A stretch of DNA of 64,000 nt, taken from Klebsormidium nitens. Lineage: Eukaryota > Plantae > Klebsormidiophyceae. The position numbers and the translations under genes were made by a program. Shown in pieces: positions 13,003 through 24,881 of this stretch. A model generated the notes under the pieces. The model was not told the DNA's origin. It made no database searches and saw nothing but the letters and a program-made list of their open reading frames with translations. How positions within the stretch are numbered: the stretch's first letter is position 1; each line of letters begins with the position of its first letter. The DNA is taken from positions 73,870 to 137,869 of the forward strand of contig DF237166.1 in assembly GCA_000708835.1 (NCBI GenBank), in the 5' to 3' direction.

Positions 13003-16000
13003 ATGGCTACCTCCTTCCCCCTCCCCCCAGTGTTTCCCCAGGGCCAATTGACCCATGTGCCAATCCAAGGAACACAGGGGAGAGTTGCAGTGGAAGACAG
13101 CGGACCGCCAGACTCTGCATTGCCCACTCTGCTCTTCCTCCACGGCCTGGGAGACTTCCGTCAGACTTACCGCTTCCTCGCGCCAAAGTTCCACTCAAGA
13201 GGGCACAGAGTCCTCTTGGCAGACCTGAGGGGGTGCGGAGAGTCAACGACAAACTTCCCATCCTACACGTGAGTCCCCGCTGACAAAATTTGTTGGAGTA
13301 GGGGAACGAATGTGGCCAAGTCATTTTCCAGAGTGGGTAAAGAAACAGTTCTTGAAGTTCTTCATAGGGGCTGTCTTTTGTGCAGGATTAGGGCGGAATC
13401 TGCACATGCAAGTGCTTGCACCGAGCGGTTGCTGTGTAACGGACAATGTCTTGAGCTTCTCAACAACTCTGCAGACTCAACACTGCGAAGGTAGTCTCTA
13501 CAAGCTGAACAACCTCCTTTGCACCAGATGTAAACTCTTTCTCAAAGCTCTTCCGCAGATTTGTGCCTGTGATCATCTTATAAAATGGACGACGTTGCCA
13601 TAACCGCCAGCTGTCCACCCAATAACTTTACAATCTACCGCAGGCCTGTGGATGTGGCAAACGATGCGGTGGCTGTCTTGGACCATTTCAAGGTGAATCA
13701 ACCAGCAGTCATCGTCAGCAATTCGCTGTCTGCCTCCTCTAGTGCGTACGTGGCTGCCAAGCACCCCGAGAGGGTCGCTGCTCTGATTGGGGTGAGCGGT
13801 GCTCTTTTTCCTAGCCCTCTTCCAAACGTTGTTGGTTCGCATATGTGCTTTGTCTAATTGTATCGAGTTGAAATACTGAAGAGCGTTGTTGTAGACCTCA
13901 GTACCTTAGATCTTTCAGAACGGACTGAGAATCTACATATCTGATGCGCACAGACGTCGATTCTCTGGTTCTTAAAGTCTTCGTGCGAGACTCCCTTCCG
14001 TGATTGCCACCGTTCGATTCTTCCACAGTCAAGCTGATTCCTCATGGAATTTGATTGGTTGTGGCGGCAACACGCCGGAGTGGCCCAGAAAACGCCCTCA
14101 TGCACCTGAAATACTTCTTAGCAGCCTCAGTCTGTGTGGAGCAAGGGATTTTCGGGCACGCCGTTGTCCCTGCATGGCGTGAACTTAGTTCAAATCTGCT
14201 TTCCTGGACCATACTCAAGACTCAAATGTCCGACGATCTCCATGTCGCGCCCGCCGAACTTTTCTTGATTCGAAAAGGTCCTCACAAACAAAGTCCGCAG
14301 CAGCCTGGCCAGCGAAATTGTGCGCACTAGTTGTTGTCGCCCGCCTGCGCCTTCCGATGTTGCATCTGCCAACGTGCTGCACGCTCCACCTTTTCCTTGT
14401 GTGCACTCTGGAAAGGATGTGTGAGCCATTTCGCTATGTTCAGAAGGCTCCGACATACCCATTTGGCGCGTCTTTTGATTCCCCCAGTCCTCAAAAGACC
14501 AGCGTAGGGCCCCCGGTAGTGGTGGCCTCACTGACTCCCCGTTTCCTTCCTCAGTGTTCTGTCCGACCGGCCCTATTGATTCCGCTTCTGCAGAAAGACT
14601 CACTTTATTTCCGATTTTACTTCTCCCCTTCCCTGCAGACCGACCCCTTCCTCCCATGGACCCCCCCTAAATCGGGGCGACTCACTCACCCCCCGTTGTC
14701 CCCCTTCTTCCCTTGCAAAGCGGCCCCTTCTTGTGCAAACCCCCTGGAAGCAGAAGAGCTAACCGGCCTCCCATTTTTTCCCCCGCTTCTTTCTGCAGCC
14801 CTTCTTGCGTCACCCCCCCGAATCGAAACAAGTTACTTACCTCCTCCTCCCCCCCCTTTCTTTGCAGACGGGCCCCTTCCTGCGCGACCCCCCCGGCAGC
14901 GGCTGGCTCGGCCCCGTGAGCCACGTGCTCTTCGCCCGTCCGTGGGGCGCGGCCGCGTGGGTCTCCTTCTGGAAAACGCTCACGGTCAAGAAGCCCGCCG
15001 ACTTCGATGATTATACGAAGGCGATGAACGCGGCCACGAGGAGCGAGGGACACCTGGCGGCGATCGGCGGCATGATCCGGGGGCCCAAGAAGCCGTGCTG
15101 GGATGTTGCGGGGGACGTCAAGTGCCCGGTTCTGCTCGTGTTTGGTGAGCGAGACCGGCTGGAATTTGGGGTCTCCTCTTCGTTTAATCGCTGTCTTCGG
15201 CTTCTTTTTCCTAGTTGACGGGAGATGTTAAACTTTCAAAATACTGGGTCGTGGGCTCTTTTAAGTGCGGATACTGGTTCGTTATTTGTGTTTCGAGATG
15301 ACAACAGGCTCATGGGATGCTTCTACCCTGGCATACTGGTTTCATTGGTCGCTGTTCAAATCTCGGTCCTCAAGGGCTGTTGAAACTTCCACATGATTCA
15401 TGGGCTGTGTTTGGGCTTGGTTACGGGTCAAGGGATGTGTTTGGATTCTCCTGGCTTATGCGGTTCGCTCAACTTTGTCGGAAAGCCCCATTCAGAATCT
15501 TCAGCCGTGCTGCTTGAAAATATGAGGCCCAGAATGCCAATAGGCTGATACTCCGTTCTTGGCGATTGTTAAAATTCACCTTTGGTTGGTAGGCGATGAA
15601 AGCCCCTAACTTACTAGCAGAGAGAAGCTTGCAAGCTGTACGCTGAAGCCGTTGAAGGCTTTTGAGCGCTTTTGGTTACTCAAGGCCCAGTATTCCTGCA
15701 TCATCGGGTCTTCAATACTGAAGACCCACCTCTTCCGATGTGTGCTGCTTCTGTCTCGCCTCGATTAGAAGATTACTGTCAACTCGATTAGAACTTGAAG
15801 CCGAGACGTTCGAGTTGCACATTCATGATTTCCATTTTGAAGGAGATAAAGCTTTGCCGCTGCGGTATGAAATCAACCGCACTGCAAGTATCCTGCTTTT
15901 GGACGTTTGGATCCATAACATACTTGTTTGAGACGATTATGGTTCCTCTCGAAACAACATAAAAACTCGAACGACTGCAGACTATGGCTAGAACAGCTAG

Positions 16001-16365
16001 GCGTTGATTGTAAGAAGCCCTGATTCCAACTGGCTTCGGCACTTAGCAATCACTCTCTTGTAGCCCTCTCCTGAAAAACAGGAGTCATCGTTTTGGACAA
16101 ATAAAGACGGTCACTTTCCCAGAGGACGCTGTCAATGAAGGAGGCCCCATAAAACAATCAATAACGTTTGACACGTCTTTTTGCAGGCTCCAAAGACCCC
16201 GATTTCAAGGACCCGGCGGCTGAGGGCGAGGAGCATCGCCGGCAGCTGAAGTCTGCCAAGGTGGTTAAGGTCGAGGTTTTGCCGGGGTTAGGCCACTACC
16301 CAGCTTCTGAAGATCCGGAGGCCGTGTTCAAACTGGCGACAGACTTTCTGGAGGCTTCTCTCTGA
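13003..16365 (+). CDS. Alpha/beta-fold hydrolase (Abhydrolase_1/6-like), 289 aa
   Basis: join(13003..13268,13644..13791,14868..15144,16187..16365) = 870 nt, all GT-AG and in frame. Motifs: LHGLGD, DLRGCGES, nucleophile VSNSLSA, acid GSKDPD, His LGHYP. Confidence 0.9.
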
Positions 16366-17983
16366 ATGGCCCTGCGACTTACGTCTGGCCGTTTGGTGCA
16401 CTTGTATACTTAGCACCGAGCTAGAAGTTGTGACATAATTGGTGCCAAATCGGCCGTTGAGTCTCATGAAGACCAGGCCAGTATAGGTGTATGGGATAAT
16501 ATGACAGCGTAAGAAAGGCCGGCAGTCTGGGGTATTTGACCACAATAGTTCTTAGGTAGAATAGGTTGCAGGCCCGGCAGTGACCATCCTTATAGAGCAT
16601 GCGCAGCGATTGGGTCGATCTTGGCCCATGCCTCACGGATACCGTCGAGTGGATCGACTGGCAACTTTGTAAAGGCGTATAGGTAAGAACTTTGGAACGA
16701 TGCCAGAACCACTAAAATGACGTGTGGGAAATCTAGAATTGATTCAATATCATGTGCTAGCAAGCCTGCTTGCAACATGTAGTAAGTTGGCTTTAAGTAC
16801 ATACGGGCTCAGATGAAATTCTCAGCTTCATTACTCGCGTCGGGCGCGCCAAGTGATCCGGGCCCGCGAGCAATTGACGCGTCCGATCAAAATTGCGCCC
16901 GTCAATTATGCACGTTGATGTCTGAGCCCCGGCGTCTGTGTTTCTAATTGTGCAATTAGTTGCACTGGCACATTGCGTACATGAAATACATTTAAACATT
17001 AGCTCCTAAGATTTGACTTCCAAAGAAAAAAGCTTGTTCAACTGAGAATGACATCATGTGTCACATATAATATCATTGTATCCTCCCGCGCGGGCCTACA
17101 TCACTTAAGTGAACCTGATCACATGAGGCTCTAGCCAGCTAGATAGAGTAGCTCCGCCTAGCTAATCAACTCCATGCCAGGCAGGACTTGCAGTTATGGC
17201 CTACCGGTATACCGTACGCATGATGGCATGCTTCCTCGTGCGTGGAGCTAGTCTTGAAAAACCTTTAAGGATTTGTCATTGGAAGCTGCCATGGTGGTAT
17301 ATGTATACAGCAGAAGGCCACCGGGACGAGGGTTGACTGCGCCAGGCCACATGACAAACATGATGTATAACATGATTCATCTGGAAATGATTGCATGGAA
17401 CAGTAACGTTGAATGCGGAATCAGAGTGAGAATAGTGAGAATAGGAGGCAACGTACATGCGGTGGATACGCATTCGTCATCGAGCAGTTGGGCAATGCAC
17501 TCGACGACGGTCGCACGTGTATGCTAGGATTGGATGCGAAAGAACCCGGGTGACATCGAGGAAATTGCAGGGGGTCAATTATCCAGTTCGCGAACGAGTA
17601 GCCTCTTATGAGCTGAAAACCGTTCAGAACCTTCCGTCCAGCGCTTAATTAGTTCGACAAGCAACTTATCTACAGGAGCCGCACATGCTCCGCATCACAG
17701 CCCCACAACAATCCCAAGAATACTTCACGTCCGCGCACAACACAGGTTTAAATGTTGATTATTGCAGACGTTATGCAACCTGAAAAGCAGATCTACCTGT
17801 CCTTCTGGCTGACCTGTAAGCAGTCCCCTTGTACTTCGCCACCAGCAGCGTGCAAAACCCCACCCATTGCTTCGTTCCCCTCTACGAAAAACTTCAACGC
17901 TCCTTCACCCGGTCTCTTTAGCCCCAAAAAGGCCCCACGCTTCCTCCCCCGGTCTTTTTACAATCAAGGAAGCGCACCGAAAC

Positions 17984-18097
17984 TTTGACAGTCTAGAACT
18001 GCCCCCCGCGCCGCTCCTTGTGCGGCGTTATGTAATGGACGCGGTTTGACAGTCTAGAACCGCCCCCCGCGCCGCTCCTTGTGCGGCGTTATGTAAT
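17984..18097 (-). repeat. Two-copy 61-bp-period tandem duplication covering the stop codon of the coiled-coil gene
   Basis: 17984-18036 vs 18045-18097: 53 bp with 1 mismatch. Confidence 0.92.
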
Positions 18098-21000
18098 AGT
18101 CCGCGTCCCCCTGGCTGCGCAGAATGCTCAGCTGGCCCTCCCGTTCCAGCAACTCCTGCTCCAAGTCTCCCACTCTAGTTCTCAGCGCCTCGCACTCTTT
18201 CCGCTCCCGCGCCAAACCACCCGCCAACTTTTCCACCTCACTCCGCAGCCCCAGAACCTCCTCCTCCAAAACCCCCGCCTCTTCCCCGCTTCGCAGAAGG
18301 GCCTCGTTCGCCTGCGCCAAACCCGCCTCCAAAACCCTAACCCTCGCGCCTAACCTCGCCACCTCTTCCTCAGCGACCTCCGCCCGCGCTTCGGCTGACG
18401 CCAGCGCGGCACGCATCGATTCCGCGTCCTCGTTCCGTTTCCGCTCGACCTCGCCCACCAGCCGCTCGAATTCCGCCCGCGTCTCCGCCAGTCGTTCCGT
18501 CAGCCCGCGGGAGTGCTCCTCCAAAGCCGTCTTCTCCTCACCGGACGCCCGCAAACTCTCCCGACATTCGGACAGCGTCCCTTCCACTTCCTCCACCCGT
18601 CCGATCAGCATCGCCACGCGCTCCTCGTTCTCGGCAACTTTCGCCCCCCGCTCTAGTTCCATCACCTCCACTGTTGCTTCCAACTCCCCTCGTGCCGTTT
18701 CACACTCCGCCCGAGCCGATTCACACCCCCGCAGCCGCTCTGCCAGTGCGGCCGTTCTTGCCTCGGCGGCGTTCGCCCGTTCCGCCGTTTCGATCTGCGC
18801 TGCGCCCCCCATCTCCAGCAGACTCCGCGCCTCTTCCTCGGACCATCTCAAGCGTTCAAGTTCGCCCTTCGTTTCTTCCATCTCCTTTTCGAGCCCTTGT
18901 ATCACTCCTTTCAACCGCTCCTTCTCGTTCTCGGCTGCCGCCAACTCTTCCAGCGCTCCTTTCTCCGCCTGCTCTGATTCTCGTGCCTTCGTTTCCAACT
19001 CGAAAACCTGTTCTGTCAGGCCCTCCTCCCTTAATCGCCCACCTTCCAGGTCTTCTTCGGCGACGAGAACCCGCTCTCGTAGCACCTTTTCACTTTCTTC
19101 CAATGCCGCGGTTCTCGCTTCGCTCTCACCCAGAACCGCAGTCAACCGCTCGACCTCTCCTCTGGCCTCCGTGACCGATTTCCTCAACATTTCGGCTTCT
19201 CTCTCCCCTTCTTGGTGCGCCAAGACCGTCGCTGCAAGCTCTGCTTTTAGCGACGTGTCAGAACCCCGCAGCCGTTCGATCTTCGCTTCTCTTTCCCTGA
19301 CGTCAGCACCCAGCCTTTCTTCAGCTTCCTCTGCGGCAGCCCGCGCCGCTTTGAATTCCCGCTCTAGTTCCCCGACCCTCGCTTTTCCGTTCTCGATCTC
19401 CGCCAACATGTCCACCTTCACCATATGGTAAGCTTCCCGCTCCTCGCCCGCTGACGTCAGCCGTGACGTCAGCTCTGCCACGTGGCGCCTCTCCCTCTCG
19501 AGTTCCTTGAGCGCCTTCTCTGCGCGCACCGCCGCCCTCCCCTCATCGACCTTCGACGCCTTCAGTTGAAACTCCAAGCCCTCGACACGTGTCGCCAGCT
19601 CAGCGTGTCTCTCGCGCGCCTCCCGTAACTCCACCCGCATCTGCGACTCCTTCCTCGCACTCGCCAAAAGCTTCCCCTCGCCGGCTTGTATCTCCTCCTG
19701 CGCTTCGGCCAACTCCCGCTCTAGTTCCTTCATCCTCTCCTGCCGTTTCGCATTTCCCTCCCGCCACGCCCGCTCTCTCTCGCTGCTTTCCGCCACCCCC
19801 CGGTCGCGCTCCTTTTCCACCGTGCGGAGCGTCTCTTCCAGAACCCCCACCTGGGTGCGCAGCCCACTGATCTCCAGTCTCAGCGCCACGCCCGCAGCGC
19901 GCTCTTTTTTTCAGCTCATCCTGCCACCCCCGGGCCCGCGAAACGCCGCCGCCTCCAGACTCTTTCCGCACTCCCCCCCCCCCGCNCNCNCNCNCNCNCN
20001 CNCNCNCNCNCNNCNCNCCNCNCNNNCNCNCNNNCNCNCCNNNNNNNNNNNNNNNNNNNNCCGCCTCCACGACCTTTCCGTCCATCCCCCCCCCCCCCGC
20101 CAGCCGTTCGTTCTCTTTCCTCAGCCCCTCCAATTCGCTCTCCACCCGTTCCAGCCGCTCCTGCAGCGCCGTCTCCTCCCCCTCCCCCTCCAAAAGCTGC
20201 CGCTCTAGTTCCTCCACCCGCCCCTGTTTCGCGGCGTTCTCCGCCTCGAGAAGCTTCACCCGCTCAAGCGCTTTCTCTTTCTCCTCTTCCCCGGAACCCT
20301 GTCGAAAGCCGTCCATAACCCGTTCTGCGGCCAAAACCCTCTCCCGGTGCTCGCGCATTTGCGCCTCGAACAGCGCCAGCTTCGCGGCCTGGTCTCCCTG
20401 CCGCGCGCCCACCGCGGCCAGCTCCGCGACCAGGCGCCCGTTCTCCCGCTCTAGTTTCCCGTTCTGAGAGCGCGCCAGCTCGAGCTCCCGCTCTAGTTCC
20501 TGCATCGTCCAACCCTCCTGCTTCTTAGTCAACGTTTGTGACGTTTGTTGCTTCACATCGACGAGCGACTCGGTTCTCCGAAGTTGTTCATCGATTCAGC
20601 CTTCAAACTAATTGACTTTCTCTCACAATTGACGCTCATATTAGCAGTCTTGCTTTCTAGTTGTCCGTCATTGCATGTCAACTGTGCACTGGCAGTGTTC
20701 GTAGATTGGTAAATAGTGGAAGCCTCCGCGGGCAAGAATGAGTCTGAAACAGCTGACTGCCGAAGTACAGGTCCGGCTACGAAACAAAACCCATGTGGGT
20801 AGCAGTTCCACAAAGATGGCCGCTTTCCTCACCCTTGCATCCCGGCTCCCCGCTCGCGCACGCTCGAGCTCTCGCTCTAGATCCTGCACTGCCCGCCGGT
20901 CGCGCCTCAAGGCCTCGTTTTCGGTCGCGAGACGCTGGGCTTCAGCGACGGCCCTTTGATGCTCTGTGGTTAGCACAGACACCTCCTCGGAAGCCCCTAT

Positions 21001-22925
21001 GAGCGCTCGCTGGGCGTCCGCACGGTCGGTGCTTGCGGCGGAGACGCGGTCCAGCAGCGCATTCTTCTCTTCCTGAAGGGACAAAGAGGGAAAGATCGAA
21101 AGGTGAAGACAAAAGGGTACCTATGCACAGAAGTGGGGCAAAGTCTCAAAAGTCTTCGTGGTTGGTATTCTGAGACGATATTTTCCAAATGCAGTGCCCA
21201 TGTGGAGGATCAATAAGCAGACACGCCTTGACCAACTTGGCGAAAGTCGATTTGGAGGCCACGTTAAGATTCCCTGAGAAGTGAAGCAGACTTGCGACAA
21301 GACAGGTTTTCTCCCACTGTCATACTTCAGCAAACCGTCCCCAACTACAGAGGTGAACGAAGAGCACTCTGGGAGGCAGCACGAGCAACGTCAGCAGCTC
21401 TGATTTGAGTAGGTTTATACCACAGGAAATGGCAACAGCGATTAGATTCAGGGGGGTTTGCAACCGGCAGTGCTTTCTCATTGTATATACCCAGCTTTTG
21501 TAGCAAAATGCACGAGGATCAGGACATCAGGATCAGAGCGTTAGAACCAGACGAGATTCCGAAGGAATGTCATATGTCTTCATAGCAGCTCATGCAATCA
21601 GTAGCCAAGCAACTTGTCTGATAGAGAGGAGGACTTCAAGTCCGAGATCTGTACGTGGAGATCAGATTCTGTAGACGTTTTTGAGTTCAAGATGAGAGTA
21701 CAAACAAGTGTGTAGTTCTTAACTCGAGAAATTGGAACCATTCATTCAGTCACAGTTCACATGAAACATATTGGACACACTCGAGGTTGCCCCATCAACT
21801 GCTAGGGACTCCCGCGCTCACCTCAGCCCTGCGAACGTGCTTCTGCAGCTTTTTGGCCCGCTCGGCCGCCTCCTTGCGCACCTCGGCTACTTCTGCTTCC
21901 CGCCTCTCCCGCTCCGCCCGCAGCTCTTGCTCCAGATCCGCCCGGGTCATTTCTGGTGCGCCCAACTTTTCTTCCAGCATCAGCTTTCGTCCGCTCAAAT
22001 CCTCACCCCTGGTTGGCGAACTGGTTCTACTCCTCTGCGCACGCGCAGGGCTCGGCCTCGAAGCGGACCCCTCCGGGGCCCTCGCCGCACTGAGGGGCCC
22101 TGTAGACGAGTCATGCGTTGCTTCAAGCCTCAGCTTCTCTGCCAGCGAGCGCAGCCCCGCCTCCTGCAGGGCCTCCTGTAATCTTCTCCTTGGCGCGCCA
22201 GCTGTCGCCGCGCCAGCTGTCATCGTGCTCTTTGCCGTGCTCAGGAGCGCCCCCTGGTCGCGCGCGTTGCTCGAAACGCTCAGCCCCCCGCCGGTGCTCT
22301 CCTTCACACTGCCCCATGACGAGGCTTCCTTGGGCCCCCGCACAATGATCTCTTCTGCTATCTGCTGCGCCAGGTTCCGAAAGCTCTGGTCGTTCAGGTT
22401 TAGAAAGCTGAGGGAGCGTTTCTGGACCGATTCCCCCTCCGTGCTGCGCTCACTTGCCGAGCTGTGGCGGTGCTTTCGAGGAGTGGACCGCGTGCTCTTG
22501 GATTGTGAGTCTGGGGGAAAGGGCACCATCACTGGCTGGTGGGTTAGCCCCTTAACCCTGCCCGCATTGACTCGATTGTCAGCAAGACCTAGGATCTCCC
22601 GAGTCTCATCTTCGACAAACCGCTCACCCGGAGCTGGAAACAGCCCCGTCAAGTTCTCATCCCAGGACCTGTCCTTGGAGCGGGACGACGCCCGGCTGCT
22701 ACTAAAAACGGGGCTTGCGTCCGTTTTCAGGGTACTTATTGAATGCAGTTTCTGGGCGCTGTCAGGACGGGCTTTTTGGACGCTCCCCGGACGCGACCTG
22801 CCGGACGAGCTTCTGGAGGAGTGCCGCGTGTCAGCGGAGGAGGCCTCCCTGACTAGTATGGGCGGAAGCGGTGTGGTGCTGCGGGACCCCAATCTCCGAT
22901 GCTCTTCACTAGCTGAGGGCGACAT
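18054..22925 (-). CDS. Long coiled-coil protein (E/R/A-rich heptads) with S/R-rich disordered N-terminus; function unknown
   Basis: Exons 21822..22925, 20833..21072 and about 20517..18054 with phase-0 GT-AG junctions. The last exon is broken by an N patch (19986-20060) and a 1-nt frameshift at an A7 run (19905-19911). The 5' end is uncertain. Confidence 0.8.
19986..20060. other. Low-quality / N assembly patch inside coding exon
   Basis: Alternating c/n followed by 20 N. Confidence 0.98.
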
Positions 22926-24881
22926 TGCCAGGTTGGATCAGCAGCAAGGAAATCTGAGATGAATTCCTGCAGTGAAGCAGGGCAACACCTGTCAGCAGGT
23001 CACATCTGAACTTCTCATGGAAGTGTTCTTCAGAGTTCTTACTTCGGCTTTAGCGCCTTTGAATCAGCCGGGTGTAGAAAGGTTGCTGACCAGGGAAGCA
23101 GAGCGTCTGTCTGGAGAAGGCCATGCCACCTGTTGTAGGACTGTGGTACCAAGCCACGACTTGGATTAGTCAATCACCATTTCAACTGGTCTCTGAGTAG
23201 GACTGAGATTCTGCATCAAAGGACTTCCTTGTTCAGCTTTGGCGACAGCACATGACTGTAATCTGTGAAGTGGGCCTTTCTTGCATTCACCAGCAATCCT
23301 GTCAAGAACCAATCAACAAAGCCAAGCAGTGGATTGTCCGACTGCAGATATGATATGCCTATTCAGAACCCAGTTCAATTGGCAGATTGTGGTTCTCACC
23401 TTCCGAGAATCTGATGTTGCGTCTGTTCGGCTTCAGGTGTTCGGGGACCAATCTAAAGAAGTGCAAAAGTACGACGCCCAATAGTAGTGGCCCCTTTGGT
23501 GTGTTTCCTGAGACATCTATGCACCTGGGCCGTGTTGGATTGTGCCAGTTAACATGCACTTGGCTTACTGATCAGCACCGACTCAGCAGCGCAGCAATTC
23601 AAACAAAGAAAATGATGAGCCATCATCGTAAGAAGTTGCAATTATGCTCCTTGAAACCCAGACAATTGTCTTAGATCATGCTTCGGACTCTTCCTGAGAC
23701 AACAATAGGCAAGCACCCTGCTACCCTAGCTGCAGCCCGCAACCTCCACGGTTCAGGGCATTGTGCTTCGATGTTTTGTTGAACGTAGCAAAACCGCAGG
23801 CTTCCCGGATTTTCAAAACTTTCGCGCCACATCTGGATATTTGATGTTTCGAGCCCGCCGTCGAAGAAGACAGGCACCGAGACCCGCACCCATGTTTCGA
23901 CGCCGGTCTGGATTGCTGTTTAATCGTAACCGCTACATATGGAGGTTTTTGACAGTTTGAATTGCTTGGACCAGCTTGGACTGGCGGGCATGCAGTCTGG
24001 GCCGGACCAACCACTTCTTGAACTTGCGCGCGGGCCTGCACTGGCAGTCTCTGCAGTGCCCTGCGCTATGCGCATGCACCCAATCACTTAGTAGTACACC
24101 TTCGACTATAGCATGCATGCCATAAAGGTTGGCTTTGAGGCATGGCCGCGACGATCGTGGCACGACTTCCTAGACTTTTATAGCTTCCATGGCTTGCCTA
24201 TATTTGCATGATGTGCATGCATTTTCCGAAATTTTCTGCATCATGTACAACTAACTCGACTGGGTGTACTGCTACTGAATTATATTCTGCAACAAATGAT
24301 CTGTATACAGATTGGAAGGTGCAACATTGTCAGTGCACCGTCCATGCAAAGCTTTCGGAGATAACAAGTCGAAGCAATCTAATGGTTGCTATTGTCACCA
24401 AACCTAGTGCCCCGTAGGAAGGTATATATGCATAATCTAGGAGGCGCGGTGCCCCGCGCAAGCATGATGGCCATGGTCGTGACCATACGGCCAAGTATCA
24501 TTGATGCAGTGACACGGCTTGATGGCATACTAAATCGAACCATGATGCACCCTGTGCCTGAAGAAGTACTAGCTCCCATTTCGTCTGCGAATTTGATGCA
24601 CCCATGTTTGCAGACCCCCCATAGATAGTAATCAACTCGACGTGGCAATAGTGGGCCCATGCAATGGCAAACTTCGTGGAACAGGCCCGTCTTGCTGTTG
24701 GCCACTTAAGATGAGGACAAGGAGGCGCCGAGCAACTTGCTCGTTGAAAGAGTGGACAATAGCTTGATAACGGCCAGGCCTCCGCGTTTATACGTTCAGA
24801 CTCAAATGACGGTTTCATGGCTCATTCCAGTGTTCATACCTTTGCTCACAAGACTCCAAACACTTCTATTGCGCGGCAACC

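Noticed and set aside
15264-15300. Possible echo of the hydrolase exon-3 donor
   Set aside because: Similarity too low to distinguish from chance by eye.
18124-19431. Long plus-strand ORFs (also 21787..22962, 53773..54675, 60485..61357)
   Set aside because: Antisense shadows of GC-rich coding exons or gag.
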